Assembly (NCBI GenBank): GCA_963575745.1
Contig: CAUYUJ010000003.1
Location: 1,364,001-1,428,000 of the forward strand
DNA: 64,000 nucleotides
Direction of reading: 5' to 3'
DNA from: Prorocentrum cordatum
Taxonomy: Eukaryota
Shown: positions 37,586-51,160 of the stretch, piece by piece
How the letters are laid out: the number at the start of each line of letters is the position of its first letter
How positions within the stretch are numbered: position 1 is the stretch's first letter
Made by a program: the position numbers and the translations under genes
Notes under the pieces: model-generated
Seen by the model: only the letters and a program-made list of their open reading frames with translations
Told to the model about the DNA's origin: nothing
The model's database searches: none

Positions 37586-38389
37586 AAGAAACAGTGCGTG
37601 AAGCGATAACGTAGCGCGTGCTTCTCCACAGAAGCTCTTTCGGTATGTGGAGCGCGGTGCGCTGAGGGCCGCCAAAGGGGTTCCAGTGCTGCCGGCGGGT
37701 ACTCGCTACACCTGAACTGGGATAACATGCGTTCCATGGACCATCGCTTGCCGCAAGCCCCCAATCCAATACCGTAGGCCATGTGATTTGGCGCATCGCG
37801 CCCCGCGATCCGCGGAGCGCGATTCTCTTCGCGCCGACGCGAGACCACCCTGGAGAAGAGCGGCTTTCCGACCGACGCCGCGGCGGGGAAGCGTGATAAT
37901 CTTCGCGCTCTGGAGTACCCAGACTGCGCCTGACGGATGCTCGCGACCTCGCCAACAGGCAGCAGCAACGCGCGAACGAGAAGAGCCCGCAGCAGCACGC
38001 GGGGCGGAAGAGCGCGGCCCACCCCCTCAGCCGCGCGGCTCTGGGGCTTCGTGCCGAGTGCCGAGCACGCGTGCCAGGGGCAGCGGAGGTCCATGGAGGT
38101 CTGGAGAGATCTTCTGAGGCCTCCCGAGCGCCCCAGAGCTCCCCAGAGGTCCCCTGCGTCACCAAGTCTCGCGCCCCGCGCCCCGCGACGCGCAGTCATC
38201 CTCGCGCCCTCGCGCCGCCGCCCTCGAGAAGGGGTGCTTTTCCCAACCATCCTGTGGTGTTGGGTCCTCGATTTGAAGAGTCAGCGCCCCGCGTCCACTC
38301 CCTCCTTTTTCCTCGCCCTCCTCCCATCCCTGCCTCTGCCCTCCGCAGGTAAAGAGTGTCAACGCATCCTACCACGTTTCGATGCCCAA

Positions 38390-39012
38390 CAGGTAGCTCC
38401 ACCTAAGGCCCCAATGGCAGCGCCCGCACAACACCACCGCGCCCGTTTCGGCACACCCTCACACGTTTCGTCGCCCCATAAGAAGCTCCCCAGAAGGTCC
38501 CAGAGGCAGCGCCCGCATGGCACCACCGCAACCGTTCTGGCACACTCTTCACACGCTTCGTGGCCCCATAGGGAGCTCCACCGAAAGTCCCTGTGGCAAC
38601 GCCCGCATGGCACCACCGCACCCGATTCGGCACGCCCCTCACACGGCTCGTGGCCTCAAAAGAAGCTTCACCTAAGGCCCCAATGGCAACGCCCGCATGG
38701 CACATCCGCGCCCGTTTTGGCACACCCGCGGCACACTTCGTGGCCTCATGGGCAGATCCACCTAAGGCTCCAGTGGCAGCGCCGGCACACCCTTCACATC
38801 TTTCGTGGCCCCAAAGGGAGCTCCACCGGAGGTTCCAGTGGCAGCGTCCGCATGGCACCGTCGCACCAGATCCGGCACACTCCTCACAAATTTCGTGGCC
38901 CCATAAGGGTCTCCTTCGAAGGTCCCAATGGCAGCGCCCGCATGGCACCACCGCATCCAATTCGGCACACGCTTCACACGTTTCGTGGCCCCACAGGGAA
39001 CTCCACCGAAAC
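38390..39012 (+). repeat. ~90-bp tandem satellite, about 7 copies
   Basis: ggca.cgcccgcatggcaccaccgc recurs at ~38416, 38505, 38595, 38685, 38774 (short), 38840 and 38930. Confidence 0.9.
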
Positions 39013-39069
39013 CGTCACCCACAAAAAGGTCCTCACAACTGCATATGATTGAGTTTTTCGCCTGGATAA

Positions 39070-39160
39070 GCTATCCTGGGGGGGAGGAGACGGCCGATAA
39101 CCTAACCTTCGCGCTGTGGGCAGCCCTGCATATGCCCGCGCGCACATGTGCTGCGGCCCC
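39070..39160 (+). repeat. Interspersed repeat family R2, copy 2
   Basis: Aligns with 1268-1360. Confidence 0.6.
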
Positions 39161-39279
39161 TACTGCTGGTAACGATGCTGTAACGATGCTGCTGTTGGTG
39201 CTGCAACGATGCGGGCGCCGTCTGAGAATACAGCTAGTATTGGGATACACGGGATGGGATTGCTGAGAGTAACCGCTGA

Positions 39280-39990
39280 ATCTTGTGTACACTATAGTGC
39301 ACGCGTGCACCAATGCCTGAACTTTACAAAGAATGCCTACGCCACGACGCTCTTGTGCACCACAGGTGACCGCTGCAGCAGCAGCTTCTGCTTGCACCAC
39401 AGCGCCAGTGTACACCCCGATGCTTGTGCACACCACAGGAGCCGCGTGCACCACAGAGCATGGCGAACATTTGAGCCACAGCGCTTCTGTGCACAAGTTA
39501 CTTGTGATTATACATTTCTGGCCTGAGGTACGGTCTCCCCGATTGGGGCCGACCACGTCTGTGTACACAACAATGCCCGTCTAGTGTACACCACGACGCC
39601 TTTGCACAGCACAACTGCTTGTGCAAACCGCGCCGCACGTCTGCACATCAGTGCTTGCGTGCACCACAATGCCTATGTACACGACAACATCTGTGTGCAC
39701 GGCAGCGCCTGTGTACATCACAACACCTGTGTACAATGCGACGCTTATATGTACCACGGTTGCTGCTTCAGTTCCATGTGTGGACTACAGCTCGGGTGCA
39801 CCAAAGTGCTTATGTATACCACAGAACTGCTGCGTACAGCTCCAAGGCCCCAGCGGGACCGAAGTCCAGAAAGTCGTAAGGAATCCGAGCGTATCAAGTC
39901 CAATATGTATGTTATGTGTGATTAATATTTTTTCTGGCGAACAGAATGTCCCGTCTTTTGGGCGCACAGCGCCTGTGTACACCGTGGCAC
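39280..39990 (+). repeat. 18-bp degenerate minisatellite (gtgtacaccacagcgcct)
   Basis: Recurring GTGCAC/GTGTACAC cores at ~18-bp spacing. Confidence 0.75.
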
Positions 39991-40254
39991 CATAGCGACA
40001 GCCCAGGATGCGGAGCGAAAAGTGCCGCTGTCCTCGAGCTCTCGCGGGTGACCTGGGGGTGCCCCAAAAGTCCCCGTGGGATTCCTCCGGGGGGATTCTG
40101 GAGATCCCCAGAGCTTCTCTCTCTCTATGTATATATTTCCCAATCAGTGCTTGCCTCTGTAGGGGTCCTAGCGGATTCGCATGGTTAGGTGAAAATTGCC
40201 GCCGATTTCCGCGGCCCGCCTGGGTGCCCAGGTGCCCCGGTGCCCGGGTGCCTT

Positions 40255-40700
40255 ACAGCCCTACAGCCCCATAGCCCCATAGCTCTATAGCCCTATAACC
40301 CAATAGCCCTACAACCCTAAAGCCCGATAGCCTTATAGCCTTATAGCCCTATAGCCTTATCGCCCTGGAGCCCAGCCCAACGTAAAACGGAAGGACGTCT
40401 CGGGCGGGAGCGCTGGTTTTGTCGGGGCGGCGGTTTTCAGCGGCGAGGAGGAGCACCGCCTTGAGTAAAAAGGGAGGAAGCCTCGAGCGGGAGCGTTGTT
40501 TTTCCTGGGGGCGGCGCTGATGAGAGAAAGAGTAGCGCGCCTGTCCAAGGTAAAACGGGAGGACGTCTCGAGCGGGAGCGCTGGTCTTGTTAGAACGGCG
40601 GCTTTCGGCGGCGAGCAAGAACACCAGCCCTGCGTAAAATAGGAGGAAGTCTCGAGCGGGAGAGTTGTTGGGGAGCCAGTTTTGGCGGTCCCCCAAACCG
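40255..40700 (+). repeat. 9-bp (agccctata) repeat, then a ~57-60 bp repeat (ggacgtctcgagcgggagcgctgg)
   Basis: Directly visible. Confidence 0.8.
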
Positions 40701-40789
40701 CTCGAGCATGAGCCTCATTTACAAAGAAAATGTAGCCGGCGCCTTGGCGAGAGCACCAGGGCGCCTATAAGGGGTCCAACAATAATAAT

Positions 40790-40873
40790 TTAGTAATTAA
40801 CATCCAACAGCAACAACAATAATAACAACAACAACAACAACCCCACCACCAACAACAACAACAACAACGACGA

Positions 40874-40911
<38 letters not shown>

Positions 40912-43900
40912 ACAACAACAAAAACAATAAGTTTAGGACTGATCGCTCTATCTGCCCGCGTGTCACCCAACACATATATCCCAAACCCTCGAAACCCGCC
41001 TTCTTCGTCTTCGATCGTACCCCCTTAAGGGTATACCTTCCTTACCTGCAGCGTGTATTTCGTGCAGCCCCTGAGGCAGGGGAAGAGATGACGGATGGAA
41101 GGAAGGGACGAGGGGAAAGGAGGATAATGGAGCACGAGAGAGAGAGAGAGACAAAAGGGGGGCTAGGAGCAAAAAACAAGTGGCAGAACCAGACGGGCAA
41201 ATCGGGCGGGCAGGCCCTTGCGGGCGGGTCGGGAAGGCAGGCACATGCGGCCATGTCGAGAAAGCGGGTTGCTGAAGCGTACGTCCTGCATGTATCGCAA
41301 GGGAGTCTCGAGCGACAGCGCAATATGCAACGGGGCCACGAAGAGTAGAGAGGGGGCCGCGAAGAAACGGGGCCACGAAGGGCAGCGAGGTAGGACACGA
41401 AGGGCTGCAACGGGGCCACGAAGGGCAGCGAGGGGGCCGCGAGGCGCTGCAACGCGGCCACGAACGGCTGCAACGGGGCCACGAAGGGCTGCGAGGGGGC
41501 CACGACCGGCAGCGAGAAGGCCACGAAGGGCTGCAACGGGGCCACGAAGTGCACCGAGGGGGCCACGAAGGACTGCAACGTGGCCACGAAGGGCAGCGAG
41601 GGGGCCACGAGGCGCTGCAACGGGGCCACGAAAGGCAGCGAGATCCTGACTCCTAAGTGAGCCGTGAGCGAGTCCTAGGCGTGAACGCGACTCCTGGGTG
41701 CCTGAGTGTCGGGAGCGCGGCGCTTGAGTAAATTGCGAGCGAGTCTCCAGCGAGAGCGCGACTCCAGAGCGCCGAGAGAGCGATTTCTACCTACATTGCA
41801 AAAAATCCTAAGCGAGAGCGCGATCCCTGAGCAAAATACGAGATGGTCTCAGGCGGGAGCGGGGTTCCTGGCTAAATTGCGAGGAAGCCTCAGGCGGGAG
41901 CCGTGGTTGTTGTAACCCGGGGGACAGGGGCGCAGTTTGGCCCGTGTGACTTTCCCTGGCAAGAAAACGAAGGTGCGAGCCCCGCGGGAAGCAAGTCAGT
42001 TGAAACATGCAGAGAGCGCACTGGAGGTGGATCAAACATAATTGTTATTCAGTAGTGAGAGGTCGACATCAACAACAACAGCAGCAGCAGCAGCAGCAAC
42101 AACAACCATCATTTTAAACTGTTCGCTCTTACTGGCACGCGTGTCTTACATTCAGTATACCCCAACCCTCGATACCCGCCCAGCTCGTCTTCGATTGCAC
42201 CCACTTTCAGGGGGAATCTCTTCCTTGTCGGCCACTTACTGAAGTGCGAAGAAGTCTCGAGCGAGTGCCGTTCCTGAGTTCGGGTGCCTCTCTGGCCAGG
42301 GGCTCTCGGAATACCTATGGACAAATATCAAGCGGGAACCCTTGTCGCCGTGTCTGGGCCTCCACCAGCTTGCCTGAATTGCAAGAGAGTCTCGAGCGAG
42401 AGCGCCGGTCCTGAGTTCGGGGGCCTTGGCCTTCTTGGCCAGGGGCTCTCGGAGTAAATCGTGGGGAAATATCGAGCAGGAGCTCTTGTCGTCGTGGCTG
42501 GGCCTCCGCCAACTTGATGAATTGCAAGGAAATCTCGGGCGAGAGCGCCGTTCCTGAGTTCGCGCGCCTTTCTGGCCAGGGTGCCTCGGGGTAAATCGTG
42601 AGGACCTATAAAATGGGAACCGTTGTCGTCGAAGCTGGGCCCAACGCTCGAGCTGGAGCCTCGTGTTCAGAGAAAATGCATCCGGCGTCGAGGCGAGAGC
42701 GCGCGGAACCGTTTCTGGAGATCAACAATAGTTGTTCTTTAGAATTGAGTGTTAACAACAACGACAGCAACCTCAACAACAACAACAATGACAACAACTG
42801 CAGCAACAGCAACAGCAGAAACAACACCAACACCAACAGCAACAACAGCATAAGCATCAGCAGCAGTAGCAGCCGCAACAATAACAACCACGATGCGCTT
42901 ACGACTGTTCGCGCTTTTACCTGCTCGATCGCCCGTCAACAAATATGTCCAACACCCTCGGTACCCACCCTCTTCCTCTTCGATCGTACCCGCCTGGGGG
43001 TATCTTCCGTATCTGCCGCATGCAAATGGAACAGACCTTGAAAAAAAAACAGAAGAGAGGACGGATGGAAGGGGGAGGGAAAAGGATGGAGCATGGGATT
43101 AGCAGGGGGCACTCGGATCACAACGCACATGGCAGAACCAGACGGGCCCAGTGCGTGTGGTGGGTGCAGCCCCTAAAACAGGGGAAGGGAAAACGGATGG
43201 AACAAGGAAGGAGAAGGATGGAACACGGGATTGGCAGGAGGGGCGCGGCTAGGAGCAGAAAGCGCGGGGCAGAACCAGACGCGCCCATCGGGCGGGTAGA
43301 CCCTAACTGGTCGGGAGGCGATTCCCAAATAAATCGTGAGAAAAACCCATGCGAGACCGTGATTCCTGAGTGTCGAGGGCGCGGCATCTGAAACAATTGC
43401 CGGAAGTCCCACGCGAGAGCACGATCCGTGCATACATTGTGAGGAAGTCCCGCGCGAAAGCACGATTTTACAATGAGCTGTCAGGTAGTATCTGGCGGAA
43501 GCCGATGTTGCTGTTGCTGTTGAACTTTCACTACACAACAAGAACTAATGTTGATCCCCCCCTTCTGGTGCACATTGGATTTGTTCAATTGAAGTGCCCC
43601 TCCCGGGGCTCGCACCCGGTTTTCTTTTATCAAGGAATGTCATCATCCTCAAACTGTGTTGTTGGCCCCCGGGGTACGACAACAACGGCTCCCGCCGAAC
43701 ATTTCCTCACAATTTAGCAAGGATCGCCGATCCCGCCCGACATTTCCTCGCATTTTATGCAGGAATCGCGCTTTCGCTTGGGACCCCCTTACAATTTATT
43801 TCGGAATCGTTCTCTCGGCGTTCTGGAGTCGCGCTCTCGCTGGAGACTTGCTTGCAACCTACTCAAGAATAGCGCCATTGCGTTGGAATTTCCAGCAAAG

Positions 43901-45349
43901 TACTCAAACGCCGCGCTCCCGACACTCGGGCACCCAAGAGTCGCGCTCACGCTTAGGACTCCCTCACATATTACTCAGGAATCGAAAGATCGCTGCCCTT
44001 CGTGGCCCCGTTGCTGCCGTTCGTGGCCCCCTGGATGCCCTTCGTGGCCCCCTCGCTGCCCTCCGTGGCCCCGTTGCAGCCCTTCTGGCCCCCTCGCTGC
44101 CCTTCGTGTCCCCGTTGCACCCCTTCGTGGCCCCCTCGCTGCCCTTCGCGGCCCCGTTGCAGCCCTTCGTGGCCCCGTTGCAGCCCTTCGTGGCCCCCTC
44201 GCTGTCCGTCGTGGCCCCATCGCTGCCCTTCGTGGCCCCGTTGCACCCCTTCGTGGCCCCCTCGCTGCACTCCGCGTCCTGGTTGCAGCCCTTCGTGGCC
44301 CCCATCGCTGCTGCCCCTCGTGGCCCCGTTGCAGCCCTTCGTGACCCCCTCGCTGCCTTTCGTGGCCCCGTTGCAGCCCTTCGTGGCCCCCTCGCTGCCC
44401 TTCGTGGCCCCGTTGCAGCCGTTCGTGGCCCCCTCGCTGCCCGTCGTGGCCCCGTCGCTGCCCTTCGTGGCTCCGTTGAACCCTTTCGCAGCCCCCCGCT
44501 GCACTTCGTGTCCCCGTTGCAGCCCTTCGTGGCCCCCATCGCTGCCCTTCGTGACCCCGTTGCAGCCGTTCGTGGCCCCCTCGCTGCCCTTCGTGGCCCC
44601 ATCGTTGACCGTCGTGGCCCCCATCGCTGCCCTTCGTGGCCCCGTTGCACCCCTTCGTGGCCCCCTCGCTGCACTTCGCGTCCCGGTTGCAGCCCTTCGC
44701 GGCCCCCCGCTGCACTTCGTGTCCCCGTTGCAGCCCTTCGTCGCCCCCATCGCTGCCCTTCGTGACCCCGTTGCGGCCGTTCGTGGCCCCCTCGCTGCGT
44801 TTCGTGGCCCCGCTGCAGCCCTTCGTGGCCCCCCCGCTGCCCTCCGTGGCCCCGTTGCACCCCTTCGTGGCCCCCTCGTTGCCCTTCGTGGCCCCATATA
44901 TGCATGCCCTTCGTGGCTTCGCCCGTCGTGGCCCCGTGGGCATGCCCTTCGTGGCCCCGCTGCGCCCCTTCGCGGCCCCCTCGCTGCACTTCGTGTCCCC
45001 GTTGATGTCCTCAGTGGCCCCATCCTTGCCCTCCGCGGCCCAATATACGCACGCCACTCGTGGCCCCCACTCGTTCGCGCCCGTAGTGGCCCCATGCGCG
45101 TGCCCTTCGCGGCCCCGCCGTCGCCCTTTGCGGCCCCCATCGCTGTCCTACGTGGCCCGGTTGCTCCCTTCAGTGGCCCCGTCGTTGCCTTCTGTGGCCC
45201 CGCATTATTTGCCCTTCGCGGCCCCCGCTCATTCGCGCTCTTCGTGGCCCCAATGCGCATTCCCTTCGTGTCCCCGCTGTCGCCCTTCGTGGCATATTTC
45301 GTGTCCTTCGTGGCCCTGCCGTCGTTCTCTCTCTCGCTCTCGGTTTCGC

Positions 45350-45384
<35 letters not shown>

Positions 45385-45640
45385 GTGGTCGTTCCCCTGT
45401 CCGTCCCTTTTGGGGTCGGGCTACCGCCGATCAGCGCTGCCGCTGGCCAGGCCGGCAGTCCGCGGCCGCCCCGCGTCTTGCCAGGGCACGGCCTGCAGGG
45501 AAGAACGGTCTACCCCCCAAGTGGGGCACAATCGAAGACGACGGGGGCGGGTATCGAGGGTTTGGGGAATATGCGTGAACGGACACTCGAGCAGGTAAGA
45601 GCGAACACGATTAAGATGGTTGTTGCTGTTGTTGCTGAAG
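40790..45640. repeat. Large inverted (foldback-like) repeat; arms ~40790-42090 and ~43505-45640, each containing a 21-bp minisatellite
   Basis: 41640-42090 is the reverse complement of 43505-43995. The 21-bp ggggccacgaagggc... array is at 41325-41640 and inverted at 43990-45315. 40940-41040 is inverted at 45505-45610. Confidence 0.85.
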
Positions 45641-45889
45641 TCTGGGGCACAACAACACATTTTGGTGGCACCAAGCTTCTTCTCTTCCTGTAGTTCAAAA
45701 AAGTGCGGGGCCAACACATATTCTTCTTTAGCAATGTGAGAACAACAACAAACACAAAACCAAAACACTGAAGAACCACCACCAAAATCGAACACCTCAG
45801 ATCGACAATGATCAACATCAGATCACACAACAAAACAAAGACAACCAATTTGAGCTCGGGGGGCCTGGGGAACTGCCCCAATTGCCTCC

Positions 45890-46755
45890 TTTTCCCTCCT
45901 CTCCTCGTCCTCTTCCTCCTGTTCCCCCTTTATGCCCTATCTCCCTCCCGCCTACAAGCTCCCATCCTCTCGCCCATCCCACTCCCTCCTCCACCTTGTC
46001 TTCCTCCTCTTCCTCCTCCTCCTCCTCCTCCTCCTCCCTTCCCCCCTCCCCCACCTCCCGCCCCGTCCTCCGCATCCTCCGCCTCTACGTCGTGCCGTTC
46101 ATCTTCTATCCTCCCCCCTCTGCCTCCTCCCTCCTCCCTCGCTGTGCCGATCCTCCTCCCTCCCTCCCCCTCGTGCCGATCGTCCTCCCTCCTCGCCCTC
46201 TCCTGGCGCGACTGGGGGCGGTCATTCGCCCGCGTGCCCGCGTGGCCCGCCCGAGCCACCCACCGAACACGGCGAGCAACAGGACGGCAACGTGGCCGAT
46301 CGCGTCGCCCGGCAGGAGGAGGAGGAGGAGGATCGAGGAGGAGGATCGAGGAGGAGGATCGAGGAGGAGGATCGAGGAGGAGAAGGAGGAGAGGGAGGAG
46401 GAGAAAGAGGAGGAAGGAATCGAGGAGGAGGAGGATCAAAGAAAAAGCCCTGGGCGTCCCTCCTCCTCGCCCGCCTCCGGCTCGCCGAGAGTGGGGCGGC
46501 GCGGAGGGGCCACGAGGCCGGGCGCGAAGACAGCGAGGCTGGGCATCTGCGGCATCACCGAGCACCGCAGGAACAGGAGCACCTCGACAGGCGCGTTCGT
46601 CTCGGGGATGACGGATCGAGCTTCGATGATGAACGGACCGAGCTTCGAGCTCGTGCCGAGGACCGTAGATCGAGCACGTGACTCGCCTCGAGGATCGAGG
46701 ACCGAGGATCGAGGATGGAGGTTCGCGGACGTTGCTCGTTTCGAGGATCGAGGCC
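45890..46755 (+). repeat. CCT/GGA low complexity and gaggatcgag repeats
   Basis: Directly visible. Confidence 0.85.
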
Positions 46756-47660
46756 CGACATTCTGATCATCGGTTAACCGATCTCTATCCCTACTGGCGT
46801 GGCCTGGGCTCCACTGGCCGATTTACCCCAATGGATAGGGATAAGGACTGTTCCCTCCAGGTTCCCAGTGGCCTGTCCCCAATTGGGGGGGGGATGGTAG
46901 GGCTGAGATGCCATGGTTCGGTGGGGATCGGTTTCATACGAGAACGGCACCTATGCACCGTACCATGCATAGTTACAGCCCCCCCTCCAACACGGTAGAA
47001 TGCATAGTTTGTCGGCTCTGATTGGCCAAAAACCTGTGCACCGTACATTTCGTGGGTCGAAGATCGACGACACCCTGAGAGACGCCAGCGCGGTACGGTG
47101 CACACGACCCGTCCGCAGATTTAACGGTACTGACCTGAGGCCGCACAGGAGGCAACGAGCCGCCCCCCCTCCATTTGCCTTCCCTATTCTGTTCGTTCTC
47201 CTCTGCCTCTTCCTCCTCCTCCTCATCATCACCTTCTTTTCCTCCAAACCTCCACACCTTGTCTAGATGGCTACTACTCCCATGTCACCGCCAATGTTGC
47301 CTTTCTACCGGAACTCGCCGTCGAATTCGCCGAAACCGTATACCGAAATGCACAGTTGCGATCGAGACCCAGGTAGGAGGAGAGAGAGCTTTGCACATGC
47401 CCCGATGCTGGCACGGCCAAAATTGGTGCATGTGAACTCTCCTCGCCCGATTGGGCACGCCCACCATCATCATCGTCCTCATCATCGTCCTCATCACCAT
47501 CATCAACAGCATCATAAGCACCACCAGCATCACCATAACCAACATCATCAGCAACATCAGCATCATAGGCAGCATCACCATCAACACCATCAAAATCAAC
47601 AGCATCATCATCAGCATCATCAGCTGCATCATAATCATGTGGCCCAGCTCCTGTACCTGC

Positions 47661-48030
47661 GCCAGAAATGAACAGCATATCCGATAGCAATAAAGGGCCT
47701 GAGAGCAGGCCAGATAAATTTCACACTGATCAGAGGCACTGAAATGAATGCCGAAACCCCCAGGTTTGCTGAGCAGGAGGGAGAAAGGGACAGGCTTGGT
47801 GATAGCCAGAAAAACGTGACCCATCGTGTCCATGGAGATGACCGATGCCCTTCAAAACAGCGAGGTGCTCAACCTGCAGACAACAGTCCCGAGCAAACAC
47901 ATACAGGCGGCTCTGCTCATTAATCACCGCCAAAGATGAACAGCATATCCGATGGCACTGATGGGCCTGGGAGCAGGCAAGATGAATGTCGCACTGATCG
48001 AAGGCACTGAAATTCGCGCCGAAACCCCCG
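47661..48030. repeat. 268-bp tandem unit interrupted by the adjacent DIRS element (continues at 52764-52864)
   Basis: atgaacagcatatccgat at 47668 and 47936; agccagaaaaac..ccatcgtgtccatgga at 47804 and 52764. Confidence 0.75.
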
Positions 48031-48059
48031 ACCCCAAGATTGGGACTGTCCGCAGGCGA

Positions 48060-48760
48060 AACGCGAAGCGTCAAAAAGAAGACCGCACACATACTCAACA
48101 GACAGTTGTGGACAGGGTTTGCTACTAGCGTCATAAATTGTCCAGCTGCCGCCCTTCCGACGAATTTCTCATGCTTCTCATTCGTGGCCAAACAACGGCA
48201 TCGTTGCATCACGCATTTACTGGGATTTGCAAGCTGAGGGCACCCGTAAGCGAGCAAGGACGTGTTCTTCTGCCACGGGGTCCCGCACTGACAACAACTC
48301 GCAGTAAACATATCAGCTCAAAACGCCGCAAATAATGGAACTGTCGTATAAGCCAAACCATCGAGGTCATGAAGTTTTCGATGGCCACCCGACTTCGGGC
48401 TTCCTGGCGCGGACGAATAAGGGCCGCCGAGGCGCGCATGAGCGCGCTGCCTAAGCGGGCCCCCTTAAAATCCGTTTCACCGAGGTCGGGGATACCAAGC
48501 AGCCCGCGCCCCGGATCCCTGAGAGGGGCGGGGCCAGCCCCCCCCCCCCAGGCCCTGGGCCAGGCGGCGCAGGGGGCCCCCAGCCACGAGGCGACAGAAC
48601 GGGGCGCCGTCAAGGGCGACAGGGGCACGCCAGGCGTCAGCCCCGGAGAGGCCCTGTTCAGCTGCACGCGCGACGTCGAAGGCACATGCCGCGACGCCTC
48701 TTCTCGCGAGCTCACGCGAGAGGCGGCTGCAACCAGCGAAGACCTCGATGCAGTCGCGCC
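48060..48760 (-). pseudogene. Cytosine-5 DNA methyltransferase-like domain of the DIRS element
   Basis: CIEVFAGCSRLS...FDV (motif I/II), WLGAPC (motif IV PC), AIENF (motif VI EN) and CQCGTPWQKNT (motif VIII-like), spread over three frames. Confidence 0.7.
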
Positions 48761-48859
48761 GGCGGCCGGCGCCTGGCGGCGGCCCAACGCAACTGCATGG
48801 GCGGCGCGCAGGCGGCCCTCGCTGCGAGCGCCCGCTCGCGGACCTTCCGCGCCAGCCGC

Positions 48860-49600
48860 GCCCCCTCGCGCCGTGGGCGCGCCGCCGCCCCGCGGGGCCG
48901 CATCGGGGCATCGGCGCTCCAGCGGCCTCTCTGCTCCACCTCCGGGGGCGCCCTCGAGCTGCCCCTCCTGTCCTCGGAGGGGCCGCCGTGGCGGAGCTGG
49001 CGCGGGGCGCGGGCCTTCTCCAACCGCGCCCCCGCCTGCGCCGCAGGGAAGAGCGCGTTGAAGCGGGACATCTTGAAAGGGAAGATCCGCGGATCCACCG
49101 CCCTTCTCACCGCCAGGATCAGCGCCTGGCCGACGAAGCCCCGACGAGGGCGGTCGATCGGCAAACTCTCGCTCGCGAAGCACGCGAAGCAAAGCACCGC
49201 CAGCGGCGCCGCCAGCGGCCCCTCCCCCAGGCGACCATCACCCGGGCCACCAACGCCGCGACGATCCACGGCATGGACGGCCTCGCGGTCGCTGGATGGA
49301 GCCTCGCCCAGTCCTGCGGGCCACGGCGCGCGCGGGGCGGCGAGGCCCCCCCTCGGCCCACCAAGGGCGCGTCGCCAGCAAGGCCGCGTGCTGCACTTGC
49401 CCCGCGGAGCAGTCGTCGCCGCCGGCGTGCATCTCCTGCGCCAGCTCGGCCATGGCGACGTCCGCCGTCTCGACCGAAGTGACGGCCAAGTCCCGGCGGA
49501 GGCGAAAGGCGCGCGGCCGCCTGAGGGCGCCGTGGTAGCGGGGCCAGGGGGCCGGCTTCACGGCCGCCAGTGCCAGGTCGTTGGCGACGCCCGAGCCGAA
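48860..49600 (-). pseudogene. Tyrosine recombinase of the DIRS element
   Basis: ARPSMPWIVAA, then RQLRHGGPSED...EVEQRGRWSADAPMRP (LRHGG and RGRW boxes; the catalytic Tyr is not visible). Confidence 0.75.
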
Positions 49601-49739
49601 GGAGTGCAACCTCCCTGATGTCGTGCCAGAGCGTCGCTGACAAAGATATCAAACTGGTCTGCTTGGCAAGGCCCCTGGACGAAGCGCGGCGCCTCCGAGT
49701 CACGGAGGAGCGCCTCATCGCCACCCCGCAGCCGCGAGC

Positions 49740-51160
49740 AACCATCCGCGGCGTTCAGCTCCGAGGGATGCCAGCGATGTCGGACCTGCCCATCGGCGGC
49801 GATAGAGCGAGTGGGCGCCGACATATGAGCGCAGAACGAGCGATATATTATCCCCATCACGTAGAAGTGAACAGCCGAGAGGCCCAAGCGACCGCAGCTG
49901 ATGTCTGAGGGCCGCCACAGAGCCCATACCTCCCAGTCAAATGATGCGTTCGGCCTCCGAGAATCGCGCCGCGAAGGAGCTGCCGGCCCATGAGGTCCAG
50001 GAGCTCCTGGGGGACCACGGTCAAGACCGGGCTCTCGTCGAGGGCCTCCTGAGCACCCTGCGGGCCCATGGGTTTGACCGCGCTAACAATGCTGAAGACG
50101 TCCGTGCCATTGAGAGAGCGGCCCCTGGCTCGGATCGCGAGGGCGCCCGCCTTGCATCTAGACTTCTCCTCGGCGCCCCCCTGCTTCCCGACGACATCTG
50201 GAGATATCACCCGAGAGCGCGCCGCATAGCCCGTAAGACACGCATCCGCAAGCGTCGCCCCCTTGAACTCCATGGCCTATCGAGCCGCGCCCTGCAGGGC
50301 GGCAACAGAGCAATGAACCAACGAATCTCACGACAGACCGAAACCCAGACGCGAGAACGGGGGCCCGCGTGAGCTGCTATGAAAGCGTAGACGCGATGGA
50401 AGATCGCAAACATATCAAGATGCAAGAGACAAAAATGAGCGCAGTGGCCAACGAGCCGTTCCAACACTTGGCCAACGACGCGGGGGCGCCGGAGAAGCCG
50501 CAGCCCCGCGGCCATCGGCAGCTCCAGCTTGCGGCCCATCGGCGCGACGGCCCTCTCGCGGCCCAAGCCTCTGTAGCCCAAGGTACCAGCGCCCACCGAA
50601 GGGCCGTAGAACTCGCGGACGACGAACCCGATGCTACAGAAATGCTCCACCAGCTCGCCCCCGCGCGTCCCGACGCTCTGCGAATCGGGGCCTGCGACAT
50701 TCAAGTTGCCAGCGTAGGCCAGCAGCGCGGGCTTGCCCTCTGACATGTCGGGCGCAGGCTTCTCGTCGCTCATGATGCGGTCCACTGGCTATGTCCGCAG
50801 CAGATAGCCCGGTGCTAGACCATGCGCTGCGCGACCCAGATCGCCCAAGTCCATTCCATGGGCGCCACCGCCAGGGCCGGCGCCACCATCGAGCCGTCGG
50901 GCAGCTCCTCGACGTCCGCGGGAAGGCGGCAGCGCCCTCGCGGCCAGGGTGCCGGCGGCGGCAGCGCGAATCAGTCCGACAGCTCGGGGTCGATCGCCAA
51001 GTGGTAGAAGTAGTTCCCGAAGTCCGCCTGCGCAGTGAAAACCTCGTTCTCCATGGCGACATGTTCAGCTTCGGGCACTTGGTAAAGCGAGTCTTCACAG
51101 ACCTGCCACCCCAGACGACCCTCAGCTTGCCCGATTTCTCGGCGTGCCCAACCGCCGCCC
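49740..51160 (-). pseudogene. DIRS RT and RNase H
   Basis: Motifs as listed for the element, in frames 50634-51476, 50207-50785, 49857-50273 and 49558-49887. Confidence 0.75.
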
